The translations under genes and the position numbers were made by a program. From contig JBLWGC010000121.1 in NCBI GenBank assembly GCA_048772705.1, positions 186,001-250,000 of the forward strand: a stretch of 64,000 nt of DNA, written 5' to 3'. The notes beneath the pieces are model-generated. The model worked only from the letters and a program-made list of their open reading frames with translations. It made no database searches and had not been told where the DNA came from. Shown here piece by piece: positions 1 to 10,823 of the stretch. The first letter of the stretch is position 1, and every line of letters starts with the position of its first letter. The stretch comes from Leidyana gryllorum EB-2025a (taxonomy: Eukaryota > Protista > Apicomplexa).

Positions 1-75
1 GGTGTGTCCGCTAACACCCACCTGGCTGCTCTGGCGCCAGTTGCAGCCATCCTCGGAATGAAGTATCTCGCTTAG
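1..75 (+). CDS. 3-prime end of a mini-mucin family gene (truncated by window edge)
   Basis: Frame 1 reads GVSANTHLAALAPVAAILGMKYLA-stop, matching the P-x7-K-Y hydrophobic tail of the downstream family members; not in the ORF track. Confidence 0.7.
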   Translation, partial: GVSANTHLAALAPVAAILGMKYLA

Positions 76-1046
76 GTCTCACTAAACCTCACCGTATTTG
101 GTTTGGTGAATGCTGCCCATCAAGATGATCGGCGTCTTCATTGTATGAGTGCATCCGTTTGCAACAGCGAGCTCACTTATACCTCGGTTCATCCCACTTG
201 TCTGCGAGAGTCCTCTCGCACTTTTGGCCCAATTTTCCTACCAACCTATCAATCCACACTTTGTGGTGGCTGCTAAATACTCTTGTGAATATCTGACTCA
301 TCGAGATTGTGCCCTTGGGATCTGCAGCGACAGCTATCTTCGGCAGCGCGCTGACTGGTGCTGCCTGCAATCGTGATGAGCTTAATTTGGGGTCGCCATC
401 AAACTTTGAATGAGTCGTTGATCAGAGAACTAGTTGGCACCGACTGACCCAAATTCGTTATCAGTGAACACTGGGACTCCAATTCGCACTCAACTCCTCG
501 GGATAATGGTGTGGGGGGACAGTTTCGTCGGCGGGCGGGGATATATTCACCAGAAAATTCCAACTGCTAACGCACACACTGCCTAAATTATTACTTTTTG
601 TCACCCGACTATGACCGGCTGCTCGCTGTGTTGACTTTGATTGTCGCAGTCGTGGATCTATTGCTGTTCTCACCATTCGACGAGTGTACTGACATTCTGA
701 TCGACATGCATGTGCTGCTAGGGTGGTCAAATGTATGAGAGATCACCATGAGATTGCCGTCTCCCTGGATTTGCCTGTAATATCGAGGTCTCCCGGGTAG
801 TCAGAGGGTAAGAGACACTGGGAGAAAGTATGTAGATCTCCGATGCTTTCCGAGTCGGAGGCCCTTTTTCGCCTATGATGAAATATCGTGTCAGGAAGAC
901 TCGCTGCGATAAACACCTTTAGGGAGCCTTTCTTGTGCCCATTGTGTGTTCGATCTGTCTCCACTGGGACTAACGAGTGTGACGGTTGAGATAATTGTAA
1001 GCTTTGAGCGATCGTTCCTTCTTTGTTGGTGCTGTATCACGTCTAC

Positions 1047-1286
1047 ATGAAATTCATCACTCTTTTCTCCGTTGCCCTCACCCTCGTCGCACTTGCCGAC
1101 GTTTCGGAAGTGGCACCCTCTGGACCTCCTTCTGCTGGATCGGAACCCACAGTCACGTCCCCGACACCGACTCCCACCACTCCTACGCCGACAACAACCT
1201 CCACCAACAAGTCTGGAGCTGAACAGTATATCACAGGAGTCACCCCATTGGCCGCATTGGTAGCGGTGAAGTATTGGGCATTTTGA
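1047..1286 (+). CDS. 79-aa Thr/Pro-rich predicted GPI-anchored mini-mucin
   Basis: ATG at 1047; signal peptide MKFITLFSVALTLVALA, PTPTPTT core, tail SGAEQYITGVTPLAALVAVKYWAF. Confidence 0.85.
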   Translation: MKFITLFSVALTLVALADVSEVAPSGPPSAGSEPTVTSPTPTPTTPTPTTTSTNKSGAEQYITGVTPLAALVAVKYWAF

Positions 1287-1294
1287 TTAGGTCG

Positions 1295-1486
1295 GCCTGA
1301 AGTGTAGACAGTGTGTCTGCCTGAAGTGTAGACAGTGTGTCTGCCTGAAGTGTAGACAGTGTGTCTGCCTGAAGTGTAGACAGTGTGTCTGCCTGAAGCG
1401 TAGACAGTGTGTCTGCCTGAAGTGTAGACAGTGTGTCTGCCTGAAGCGTAGACAGTGTGTCTGCCTGAAGTGTAGACAGTGTGTCT
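1295..1486. repeat. 24-bp minisatellite, 8 tandem copies
   Basis: Unit GCCTGAAG(T/C)GTAGACAGTGTGTCT; copies 5 and 7 carry the C variant; no spacers. Confidence 0.95.
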
Positions 1487-1691
1487 GTCTACTGCATTGT
1501 ATTTTGTTGTGTTAGCAATATCGTCTGAGCGTGGCCGGTGGGTGGGGAACTTCGTGCAACACGGGCAGCAAGGCGAGTTGGGGAAGATCATCGAATTTGG
1601 GATTCACTGTGTGCGAAAAGGGTGACCCGCCATTTATTGTTGAGTTTTCTGACTGTTGTTCTAGAATTATTAGCCATCCGCTAGGCATACA

Positions 1692-2303
1692 ATGAGATTA
1701 CTCACATTTGCTACAATTACCTACACGGCTCTGGCCTCCGAGCTGTTTGGAGACCGCTTCCCTGCCATTCGGGAAGATGTCGCAATTGCAGAGGCCGACG
1801 CCTCCACTTATCCTATCGAATTTACTTCCTCAGAGGAGCTGACCGAGGAATCGTCGTCGGAGATAGTTGAAGACACTATCACGGAATCGCTTGACGATCC
1901 CTCCACACAACCGACACCTGAACCCACAGCGGCAACATTCCCAAGAGATACCGAGACCACCGTGGAGATTAGTACGGCATCACACTCCGATGTTGGGACA
2001 ACCCTCACGGGAACGGACGAAGAGACGGAAACCGTGACCACTGCTGGAAAGAGCACCGAGACCGGAGTTGAACTCAGTACACTCTCCGTTCCGGGCCAAG
2101 GAACGATGGAGACCAGCAGTAAAGTTGGAGAAGACTCTTGGAGTGTGTCGACGTCCACCGACGCTTCTTCCGACCCGACAGTGCGAGGGACCTCTACTGC
2201 ACGCACAACAAGCAGCACCACAATGGCCTCCGGCGCGGGGCAAATTTTCACTGGTGTGACGCCGCTGGGTGTGCTGTTGGCAATGAAGTATCTTACAGCC
2301 TGA
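1692..2303 (+). CDS. 203-aa acidic Ser/Thr-rich predicted GPI-anchored mucin-like protein
   Basis: Hydrophobic N-terminus, T/S/E-rich body, tail SGAGQIFTGVTPLGVLLAMKYLTA. Confidence 0.85.
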   Translation: MRLLTFATITYTALASELFGDRFPAIREDVAIAEADASTYPIEFTSSEELTEESSSEIVEDTITESLDDPSTQPTPEPTAATFPRDTETTVEISTASHSDVGTTLTGTDEETETVTTAGKSTETGVELSTLSVPGQGTMETSSKVGEDSWSVSTSTDASSDPTVRGTSTARTTSSTTMASGAGQIFTGVTPLGVLLAMKYLTA

Positions 2304-2748
2304 GTCACGGATTCGTCACTCGGCTGGATTTTTGGTCATTGAAATAGATGTCATTCTAAAGGTGCTTGAAAATGTTGAATTTCATCCTCCAGGACGAGGA
2401 TGATTAACAATTGGACATCTTTTTCCGGGTGCTTTGCCATGAACTTGTGTGCTCAGTAGGCTTCATCGATACTCAAACCCACAATCCTTAAGCCTAGGAC
2501 AGGCTGTTCAGTACCATTCAACCTACGCAGCTTCCCCCTACAAACTCTGGTTCTCCGTTCTGAGGACCGGTCTAACTTGACAACATTCCCTCGACTCTGA
2601 CATCACTTTAACAGCTCAATAATGATCAACTCTTTTCTCTCAATTTCACAATTGAGCTGGCGTCTCCCTCAGCAGCAGATTTTCAGATCGCACACCCACC
2701 CCACAGGAACAAAAAGATCTTTTGTGTATTCGTAGATTACATATCACA

Positions 2749-3129
2749 ATGAAGCTACTCTCTCTATGTGCTCTTGTGTCCCTTACCATCGCGCAGGACC
2801 CTCTCCGCTTGGTTACGACATCATGGAGCACTGACACTGACACTGACACCACCACTGACACTACTACTACATACTCGACCTCCATTGAAACGGAGACGGA
2901 GACGGAGACAGAAACGGGAAATGACATTCCAGGAGGGACCACAGCGACAACTTCCACGTCCACTGAATCAATAACGTACACTACATCTAGTGTGCTGCCG
3001 TCAGACACGGCCGAAACGTGGAGCTTCAGCGGATCTGGCACCACTACAACGGCCTCTGGCACGAAGCAGTACTTTGCAGGTTTGACCCCCTTTGCGGGAC
3101 TTGTGGCACTGAAGTTCATGGCATATTGA
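2749..3129 (+). CDS. 126-aa Thr-rich predicted GPI-anchored mucin-like protein
   Basis: ATG at 2749; signal MKLLSLCALVSLTIA then Q; TD and ET dipeptide runs; tail SGTKQYFAGLTPFAGLVALKFMAY. Confidence 0.85.
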   Translation: MKLLSLCALVSLTIAQDPLRLVTTSWSTDTDTDTTTDTTTTYSTSIETETETETETGNDIPGGTTATTSTSTESITYTTSSVLPSDTAETWSFSGSGTTTTASGTKQYFAGLTPFAGLVALKFMAY

Positions 3130-3500
3130 GCTGTTGACTTCAGCCACTCTTTTGGGAGTTTCTTTACGGGACTCCTGGCAGTGAAGGCTATGGTATATTG
3201 AGTCTTTGACTTTGGTCAATTCAGTATAGTTTTTTGGTTGCTTCATTCTCAGCCTTCTTCGAAATCGAAATGTCAATTGCCCTCCCTCTTGGGAGGCGTG
3301 CCGTTCAAAGTTTCCGCATAGTGATGCGCAATGGAGGTGACTCCAATCGACTGAACTAAACCAAGAAGAGATGCGCCTCTGGCACTGTTAAGGGTCAACA
3401 ACACAGAGCTGTGGTTATTTTGCGTTGCACACTTTGGAACTTTGCCTTTCCAATCAACCAAATAGTTCCATTCGAGATTGGGGCAGGGATCAGTAATAAT

Positions 3501-3704
3501 ATGAAGTTCCTTACTCTCTTCACTGTTGTCTTTGCCACTTTGGCCGCCGCCCAGGAGGACGAGCCCAGTACAACGACGACCACCACCACTACGACTCCCA
3601 CAACAACGACTTCGACGACTACGAAGAAAGACGGAGCGATCAATTATCTCGCGGGAGTGACTCCTCTGGTCGGTCTGTTGACTCTGAAACAGATCGCTCT
3701 GTGA
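3501..3704 (+). CDS. 67-aa poly-Thr mini-mucin, copy 1 of 6
   Basis: ATG at 3501; near-identical to five other copies; signal peptide, poly-Thr, DGAINYLAGVTPLVGLLTLKQIAL tail. Confidence 0.9.
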   Translation: MKFLTLFTVVFATLAAAQEDEPSTTTTTTTTTPTTTTSTTTKKDGAINYLAGVTPLVGLLTLKQIAL

Positions 3705-4055
3705 GATTTCAGTCCGTTTTTGGAAAGATCAGTTTTGTGATTCTATCATAAGTGTTCCTCCTAAACCTCGTTGCCTCTTGAGAGTCGCGCCGCATTCACC
3801 TTCGGGTCGCGTCAGCTTCGGTGTTGAGTGGTTCTGGGAGTGCGAGTGCTCAAGTTGTAAGTTACTGGGTTAGTAGCGTCGAGCATCGTGGTCTAGCTTC
3901 TGTCTTTTGCAGAGCAATAAACTACCGCTACGGACGTTCTGTGTCTAGGAAGTTGTTACTTTCCTGTCACCTCTCAGCTGTTGTCTTTCTCACCTCCCAT
4001 TGGGAAACGAGATCGTCACATTTTTTGGTCTATTATATCGCTCAAGCAATCATTG

Positions 4056-5810
4056 ATGGCGAAATCCGATTTGCTAATAAGTTGTCTCTATCGTTCCCAA
4101 ATATGGCAGTTCAGTGATATTGCGTCGATCGTGAAGCTTTGGATCCTCAGTGGTGCGTCTCAGGAGGACTTGGAGAATCACCTCTCCAAATGTCGAGTGC
4201 CCATTGACCACAATGAATGGAAACAATTAGAAGAATTGATCAAAGAATATCCCAATGTACTCGAAGCTTTGAAGAAAATCAGATCGCTGAAATTAGACGT
4301 CTCTGTTCCCTTCGCCGCTGCTTTGACTCTCTGCGGGGACGATGGCTCTGCGATCCGAGAGCTCTCGGTGACACTGACACCACAGTCGCTGCGGGATTTG
4401 CCGTCTCCCATCGTGCTGGACTCTGAATCCTTGGAACGGATTCGGGTCTGCTCAAAGTATTTTTCGCGACGCACTGTTGTGACGCTCGTCTGCCCAAACT
4501 TACAGTGTTTGACTTTGGATAAGGAGAGCACTGAAGGAGGAGTCTCCCACTGGAAACTCAATGCAATGAAGGGTTCGAGCTTTTGGACCGTAGAGGGCCG
4601 CACAGACCTCGTGATCGATGTGTTCGACGATAGGTGGTTCACCATCAATCCCACGAATCCCAACGATCGAGACAGTCTCTGCGCGGTTCTGCCGCCAAAG
4701 GAGGGACCCAACAACACTTTCGCGCGATCGTTCGAGGAGCTGTGGGAGCATTGGGTCTCAAATCCAGTTTCCGTTGAGATCTCAGAATGCATCTGGGAGA
4801 AACTCCAGACTCTTCCAATTTGGAACACCACCTTTATGCCTCAGCCCGCCGATATGGAGAGAGTCATTGCACAAAGCTCTGATAGAGAAGTCCAAGTGGA
4901 CGCGTTGCCCCTCGACCGAGAAACAGTTGCGGCGTCGCGGGGAGACGGGACGCCTCCTTTTGGCCACGTTGAGTCCATAGAGGTCGACATGGGGACCTTC
5001 AACTTCGCGGTCCCTCCGCAGCCTGTTGCTGGTGTCAAGCGATACGAAATTCGACTCACCGGAAGAGTGCCGGGGTATATCACCCCGGTGGAGCCGCTCG
5101 ACATCGCCGAAGACTGTCAAGTCGTTGCGGTCTTCAGAAAGCGACCTGAATGGATCCGCAAAGAGCACGTTTTGCTTAGCTACACACACCGTGCCATTAT
5201 CGTATTTTTGGTGACACTATGTGAGGCGTGGAATGTGTCGTATGTGGTTCTGGATTATGAAGAGTCACACTTATCATCGGAGATCGCGAAGTGGTATGTG
5301 GTCGGGGATGCGATACGGAGACGCCGAGGTGGTCGACCGATCCGGATGAGTTTCCCCGCTGTGCGAGACAATGGCTCATCGACGAATAAATGTTTGTTGG
5401 AAGTCCTCTCGGGAGAGTACAGAAACAAAACACTGTATCCCTTCTTTCGAGACATTCCAAGCAGAGTGGCTGACTATCTGCACTTCATTGACAAAGTCGG
5501 TTGGGAAGAGAGATTGATCACTACTTCCCTAGAAATGATCGAGACCGATATCCAAGTCATGCACACTGCGACATCACACTCAACGCTCCAACTCTACAAA
5601 GAGGCGCTCGAGACAGTGGATCTGCAGAGCTTTCCGTCAACCGGGTTCAGCAGTATTCAAATCGGTTCAATAAATACGACATCAGTGTGGTTTAGGGAAC
5701 AGCTTAGCAACAGGCAGCGTTGTGAGGGGCTCAAAGCGTTGGGAGTGCACTATGACTTTGCCGTCCCGCCGCCATGGTGCACGGAGCTGTTTCCACAGTC
5801 GCCTGAGTGA
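4056..5810 (+). CDS. 584-aa hypothetical protein, possible degenerate F-box/LRR-like
   Basis: Long intronless ORF, first ATG 4056; LxxLxL-like units (IRSLKLDV, IRELSVTL, CPNLQCLTLD); decayed paralogue at about 7.6-9.0 kb. Confidence 0.7.
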   Translation: MAKSDLLISCLYRSQIWQFSDIASIVKLWILSGASQEDLENHLSKCRVPIDHNEWKQLEELIKEYPNVLEALKKIRSLKLDVSVPFAAALTLCGDDGSAIRELSVTLTPQSLRDLPSPIVLDSESLERIRVCSKYFSRRTVVTLVCPNLQCLTLDKESTEGGVSHWKLNAMKGSSFWTVEGRTDLVIDVFDDRWFTINPTNPNDRDSLCAVLPPKEGPNNTFARSFEELWEHWVSNPVSVEISECIWEKLQTLPIWNTTFMPQPADMERVIAQSSDREVQVDALPLDRETVAASRGDGTPPFGHVESIEVDMGTFNFAVPPQPVAGVKRYEIRLTGRVPGYITPVEPLDIAEDCQVVAVFRKRPEWIRKEHVLLSYTHRAIIVFLVTLCEAWNVSYVVLDYEESHLSSEIAKWYVVGDAIRRRRGGRPIRMSFPAVRDNGSSTNKCLLEVLSGEYRNKTLYPFFRDIPSRVADYLHFIDKVGWEERLITTSLEMIETDIQVMHTATSHSTLQLYKEALETVDLQSFPSTGFSSIQIGSINTTSVWFREQLSNRQRCEGLKALGVHYDFAVPPPWCTELFPQSPE

Positions 5811-6680
5811 AGCTGCCGCTGCTCGACTGGAATTGTGGACATCACGTCGAGGCCTGTTTCTGTTTGTCCGCCATTTTCATTGTTTGACGCGACTCCAATC
5901 CAAACCAGTTTCAGGCAGCGCAACTGTGTTCCTTCGACTGAACGTCTCAATGTATCCGGACAGCGCATACGCAGGCCAGAGACCTTTTGTGACCGGTTGC
6001 ACTGGCTACTTATCTCGCAGATGATCGTCCACCTCGATCGAGGCTGCAAGATCTGACGACCTCAAAAGATGCATCCGGTGTGATTCTTAGTCCGTCTCAC
6101 GCCATCGTTCCTCCGCTCAATCAATCAATTCAATTCGTGTTGAACGCCACGCCGCGTGTGTGTCTCTTCACAGTGTGAGGTGACCAAACCGGCCGTAACG
6201 AACTCCGACGAGGCAGCGGGAAGACGACTTGGGCATAGCAGTACAGTGCTGAGCGGGGACCACATGCACACATAGGAGCGACAACGAGAATAATCTCATA
6301 TGCCGCTTACTCTTGCGGGCCTCCTCTGCTTGGTTCGATCCATTGATTGAGAAAGGTCGTATGTAAGTGACCGCCGTCGCTCAGTACTGTTGCGCCGGAT
6401 CTCAACAGCGGTATAAGTACCGGCGACCAGCTCTCAACCCACCACGATATCCTGTCGAGGCCGAAGCTGTTCGTATATCGGTGCTTCGCCCACACCGCAC
6501 TCTCAACAGAGTCTATTGGCTTTGAACAGAGTGCTGTCGAGACTTCGATCCGTTTTTTGACAACAACACTTTGAGACGTCGGATCTTAGCCGACGTGTGG
6601 GTGTCAAGTGTCTGTCTCCTCCCGTCTCCGTTGTTGGGACTTCCCCATTTGAGAGATAACACTTCTTCACATCGCTAAAA

Positions 6681-6884
6681 ATGAAGTTTCTCACTCTCTT
6701 CACTGTTGTCTTTGCCACTTTGGCCGCCGCCCAGGAGGACGAGCCCAGTACAACGACGACCACCACCACTACGACTCCCACAACAACGACTTCGACGACT
6801 ACGAAGAAAGACGGAGCGATCAATTATCTCGCGGGAGTGACTCCTCTGGTCGGTCTGTTGACTTTGAAACAGATCGCTTTTTGA
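6681..6884 (+). CDS. 67-aa poly-Thr mini-mucin, copy 2 (ends IAF)
   Basis: ORF track; near-identical to other copies. Confidence 0.9.
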   Translation: MKFLTLFTVVFATLAAAQEDEPSTTTTTTTTTPTTTTSTTTKKDGAINYLAGVTPLVGLLTLKQIAF

Positions 6885-7056
6885 GTTTTCTTCAAATTTG
6901 AAATGATCAGTTTTGTGATTCTATTGTGAATGTCGGAACATTGTTAACGAGACGTCGGATCTTAGCCGACGTGTGGGTGTCAAGTGTCTGTCTCCTCCCG
7001 TCTCCGTTGTTGGGACTTCCCCATTTGAGAGATAACACTTCTTCAGATCGCTAAAA

Positions 7057-7260
7057 ATGAAGTTCCTTACTCTCTTCACTGTTGTCTTTGCCACTTTGGC
7101 CGCCGCCCAGGAGGACGAGCCCAGTACAACGACGACCACCACCACTACGACTCCCACAACAACGACTTCGACGACTACGAAGAAAGACGGAGCGATCAAT
7201 TATCTCGCGGGAGTGACCCCTCTGGTCGCTCTGTTGACTCTGAAACAGATCGCTCTTTGA
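7057..7260 (+). CDS. 67-aa poly-Thr mini-mucin, copy 3 (ends IAL)
   Basis: ORF track; one G-to-A change in the tail. Confidence 0.9.
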   Translation: MKFLTLFTVVFATLAAAQEDEPSTTTTTTTTTPTTTTSTTTKKDGAINYLAGVTPLVALLTLKQIAL

Positions 7261-7629
7261 GATTTCAGTCCGTTTTTGGAAAGATCAGTTGTGTGATCCT
7301 TTTAAAGTGTGCCTACTGAACATCACTGATTCTGAGCATCGAAGATTGTGTTATACCAACCCACACTCCCGATCAACACTCAACTTGTTATTGATCAGTC
7401 TCCAGACTCAGTCTCATTGGGCCTAACCTTCGGGGTGTTTTTTCAATTCAATTCAACTATAACCAGTCGGGGCGTCAGGGACATCTGGGGTCGCAACCAT
7501 CAGTTACAGTCAGTGATCCTCCGCTAGCAGAAGCCGTTTCAGATCAATTTCGGCGCAATCAATCGCTCTTTTGAGCGTCGGGGCGCTGACGCGCCTCTTA
7601 CTGGTATCGCGCTGGGAATCGATTTTACA

Positions 7630-9013
7630 ACGAAAGTGTTGCTGTCGTTCCCAAATATGGCGGCAGTTCAGCGGTATAGTGTCGACTTTCAAGCTTTGGA
7701 TTGTCAGCCGTGTATATTGATTGAAGAGGAGAACTCCCTCTCCCATTGTTGCGTGACCATTGGCCGCACTGTATGGCAACAATTGGGAGGATCGATGAAA
7801 GAATACCCCAATGTACTCAAACCTCTGACGATAATCCGATCGCTGAAATTAGACGTCTCTGTTTCGTTCCCCGCTGCTTTGACTCTCTGTGTAGCCATTG
7901 GCTCTACGATTCGAGAGCTCTCAGTGACACTGACACCACAGTCGCTGCGGGATTTGCCGTTTCCCATTGTACTGAAGTGAACCACTGGAGGGATTTCGGG
8001 TCAGCTTTGTGGACTGCTGCCCAACGATGGGACGTCATCCATCAATCTCAGCCATCGAGACAGTCTCTGCGCATTTTTGCCGCCAAAGGGGGCCCCGATA
8101 GGACTTTGGCGCGATCTTTCGACGAGCTGTGGGAGCATTGGGTTGCAGACCCGCTTTTCATTGTGATCTCAGAGCGCATCCGGGAGAAACTCCAACATCT
8201 CTCAATTTCGCACACCACCTTTAAGCCTCAGGTCGCCGATGTGCAGAACTCTCTGAAACAGAGATTCAATTAGACGTGTTGCCACTCATCGAGAAACAGT
8301 GGCGGCGTCGCTGGGAGACTTCGCGCTTCCTTTGAGCACGTCGAGTCCAGAGAGGTCGACATGGGGGCCTTCGACTTCGCAGCCTGTCGCCGGTGTCCAA
8401 CGGGTCGAAATTCTACTCACCGGAGACGTGCCATATAGGAGCACTGCTGTGGATCCACTCGTCATCGCAAAGAAGTGTCGTCAAGTCGTTGAGATGCCTG
8501 AATGGATCGTTGTTGAGGAGACGACCCACCCACACTGATAAAAAAGCCCACCATCGTATTTTTGATAACACTACGAGAGGCGTCGAATGGATCGTATGTG
8601 GGTGGCACTGTATTATGAGTCGTACCGGTTGCCATCTGAGATGGGACAATGGTGGCTGATCGCGGATGGGATACGGAGACGTGAAAAAGGTCGGCCGATC
8701 GGATGAGTTTCCCCATTGCGCGAGCGGCGGCGACGAATAAACGGTAATTAGAACTCCTCTCACCACAGTACAGAAAGTTAACACTGTACACTTTTGGTCG
8801 ACATCGAAAGGAATCTCTGCCGATGATCGAGTACTCTCCGTCAACCAGATTCAGGAGTACTCCGATCGGTTCAATCGAAACGATCTCAGTGTGGTTCAGG
8901 GAACCGCTCAGCGAAAGACAGCGCTGTGGAAGGCTCAGAGCCTTAGGTTACACTATGACTTCGCCGTCCGGCCGCCATGGTGCACGGAGCTGTTTCCACA
9001 GTCACCTGAGTGA
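7630..9013 (+). pseudogene. Decayed paralogue of the 4056-5810 gene
   Basis: Colinear DNA matches (TCGTTCCCAAATATGGC; KEYPNVL...IRSLKLDVSV; LWEHWV; GCCATGGTGCACGGAGCTGTTTCCACAGTC to TGA at 9011-9013) broken by frameshifts, stops and deletions. Confidence 0.9.
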
Positions 9014-9380
9014 AGTCGCCGTCTTCAAACTTGGCCCAAATCTTTGGAGCATTGAAATTGCGCTTTCTCTCCACTCAGTGGGAGGCACGCACCACACGAC
9101 AGAGCCGGGAGAGAGGATTGATTGCGGCGGTCATTGTCGAACAACAGATTGCACAACTGCCCTTATGCTGCCCTTTATTTGGAATCCTTCGCGAATCCCA
9201 CTCCATCCAGACGGGGCCAACACGGGTTCTCGCCATCCGCACCGGTGTGGTCTCCCCAAAACTTGGACACTCTGCCTACGTTGTATACCTGTTGTATCTA
9301 CGGACTTACTTCGCCGTCTTGGCCGCGCGCTCGCCTCAGCGACCCGTACACAAATGGTTCACCATCTTTTGGAGACGTGA

Positions 9381-9538
9381 CCCCCCAATGTGGTCTATCG
9401 CCACGGTGTCGAAGGGCGGGGTGCTGTGTGGTCGCCGGGGTCAGCTGTGTTCCCTACTGGCCAGATCTGAGACTGTCGTAGGACCTCTGCTACTTGGTGG
9501 CAGAGCACTACCTGCTTCCGTAAGGTTGCGGACACATA
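9381..9538 (-). mobile_element. Possible relic of an LTR-retrotransposon (Ty3/Gypsy-like) integrase
   Basis: Minus strand reads YVSATLRKQVVLCH...LRQSQIWPV then, after a frameshift, PPFDTVAIDHIGG, resembling the integrase N-terminal region and first catalytic Asp motif. Confidence 0.35.
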
Positions 9539-9867
9539 GGCCCCCATGGCCTCAAAGCGGCCAGGACTTCCTCCGGGATTCTGGCCTCAGGTACAGGCCG
9601 TGTAGCCTGGCTGTACCACTACGTACGAGTGTAGCATTCCAGACCGCGAGCTGAAATCTTTGTCTGTCAGTCAGTCAGTCAGTCAGTTTTGTGACTAAAA
9701 GGGTCACTGAACGTAACCCACAGAACGAAGAGCCTAACAAAGTAAGTGCAGCAGAGCCGAGATAGAGTGTGAGGGTAAATTAAAAGAGAACGTTTCAAAC
9801 CTCGTTTTGAGTCATTCAACTAAACAATGAATACTCAAGCTGATCTTTCCAAAAACGGACTGAAATC

Positions 9868-10071
9868 TCAAAGAGCGATCTGTTTCAGAGTCAACAGACC
9901 GACCAGAGGAGTCACTCCCGCGAGATAATTGATCGCTCCGTCTTTCTTCGTAGTCGTCGAAGTCGTTGTTGTGGGAGTCGTAGTGGTGGTGGTCGTCGTT
10001 GTACTGGGCTCGTCCTCCTGGGCGGCGGCCAAAGTGGCAAAGACAACAGTGAAGAGAGTAAGGAACTTCAT
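9868..10071 (-). CDS. 67-aa poly-Thr mini-mucin, copy 4 (ends IAL)
   Basis: ORF track. Confidence 0.9.
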   Translation of the reverse strand: MKFLTLFTVVFATLAAAQEDEPSTTTTTTTTTPTTTTSTTTKKDGAINYLAGVTPLVGLLTLKQIAL

Positions 10072-10243
10072 TTTTAGCGATCTGAAGAAGTGTTATCTCT
10101 CAAATGGGGAAGTCCCAACAAGGGAGACGGGAGGAGACAGACACTTGACACCCACACGTCGGCTAAGATCCGACGTCTCGTTAACAATGTTCCGACATTC
10201 ACAATAGAATCACAAAACTGATCATTTCAAATTTGAAGAAAAC

Positions 10244-10447
10244 TCAAAAAGCGATCTGTTTCAAAGTCAACAGACCGACCAGAGGAGTCACTCCCGCGAG
10301 ATAATTGATCGCTCCGTCTTTCTTCGTAGTCGTCGAAGTCGTTGTTGTGGGAGTCGTAGTGGTGGTGGTCGTCGTTGTACTGGGCTCGTCCTCCTGGCCC
10401 GCGGCCAAAGTGGCAAAGACAACAGTGAAGACAGTAAGGAACTTCAT
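10244..10447 (-). CDS. 67-aa poly-Thr mini-mucin, copy 5 (two signal-peptide substitutions, ends IAF)
   Basis: ORF track; L6V and A17G. Confidence 0.9.
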   Translation of the reverse strand: MKFLTVFTVVFATLAAGQEDEPSTTTTTTTTTPTTTTSTTTKKDGAINYLAGVTPLVGLLTLKQIAF

Positions 10448-10619
10448 TTTTAGCGATCTGAAGAAGTGTTATCTCTCAAATGGGGAAGTCCCAACAACGG
10501 AGACGGGAGGAGACAGACACTTGACACCCACACGTCGGCTAAGATCCGACATCTCGTTAACAATGTTCCGACATTCACAATAGAATCACAAAACTGATCA
10601 TTTCAAATTTGAAGAAAAC

Positions 10620-10823
10620 TCAAAAAGCGATCTGTTTCAAAGTCAACAGACCGACCAGAGGAGTCACTCCCGCGAGATAATTGATCGCTCCGTCTTTCTT
10701 CGTAGTCGTCGAAGTCGTTGTTGTGGGAGTCGTAGTGGTGGTGGTCGTCGTTGTACTGGGCTCGTCCTCCTGGGCGGCGGCCAAAGTGGCAAAGACAACA
10801 GTGAAGAGAGTAAGGAACTTCAT
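10620..10823 (-). CDS. 67-aa poly-Thr mini-mucin, copy 6 (ends IAF, unique upstream flank)
   Basis: ORF track; ATG at 10823. Confidence 0.9.
   Translation of the reverse strand: MKFLTLFTVVFATLAAAQEDEPSTTTTTTTTTPTTTTSTTTKKDGAINYLAGVTPLVGLLTLKQIAF

Larger units (their letters stand above)
6573..7288 (+). repeat. Left arm of inverted repeat; about two tandem 376-bp mini-mucin units
   Basis: GAGACGTCGGATC recurs at 6573 and 6949 (period 376); reverse complement of 9840-10555 with a few SNPs. Confidence 0.95.
9840..10823 (-). repeat. Right arm of inverted repeat; three mini-mucin genes at 376-bp period
   Basis: CDS starts at 10071, 10447 and 10823; 9840-10555 mirrors 6573-7288. Confidence 0.95.

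Noticed and set aside
1295-1486. CRISPR-like palindromic 24-bp repeats
   Set aside because: No spacers, no cas genes, eukaryotic context; a plain minisatellite
9557-9620. Two adjacent GC-rich hairpins suggesting an ncRNA
   Set aside because: Short imperfect stems with no recognisable RNA-family motif; chance folding is likely
9666-9687. (GTCA)5 microsatellite
   Set aside because: Real but short, with no evident function
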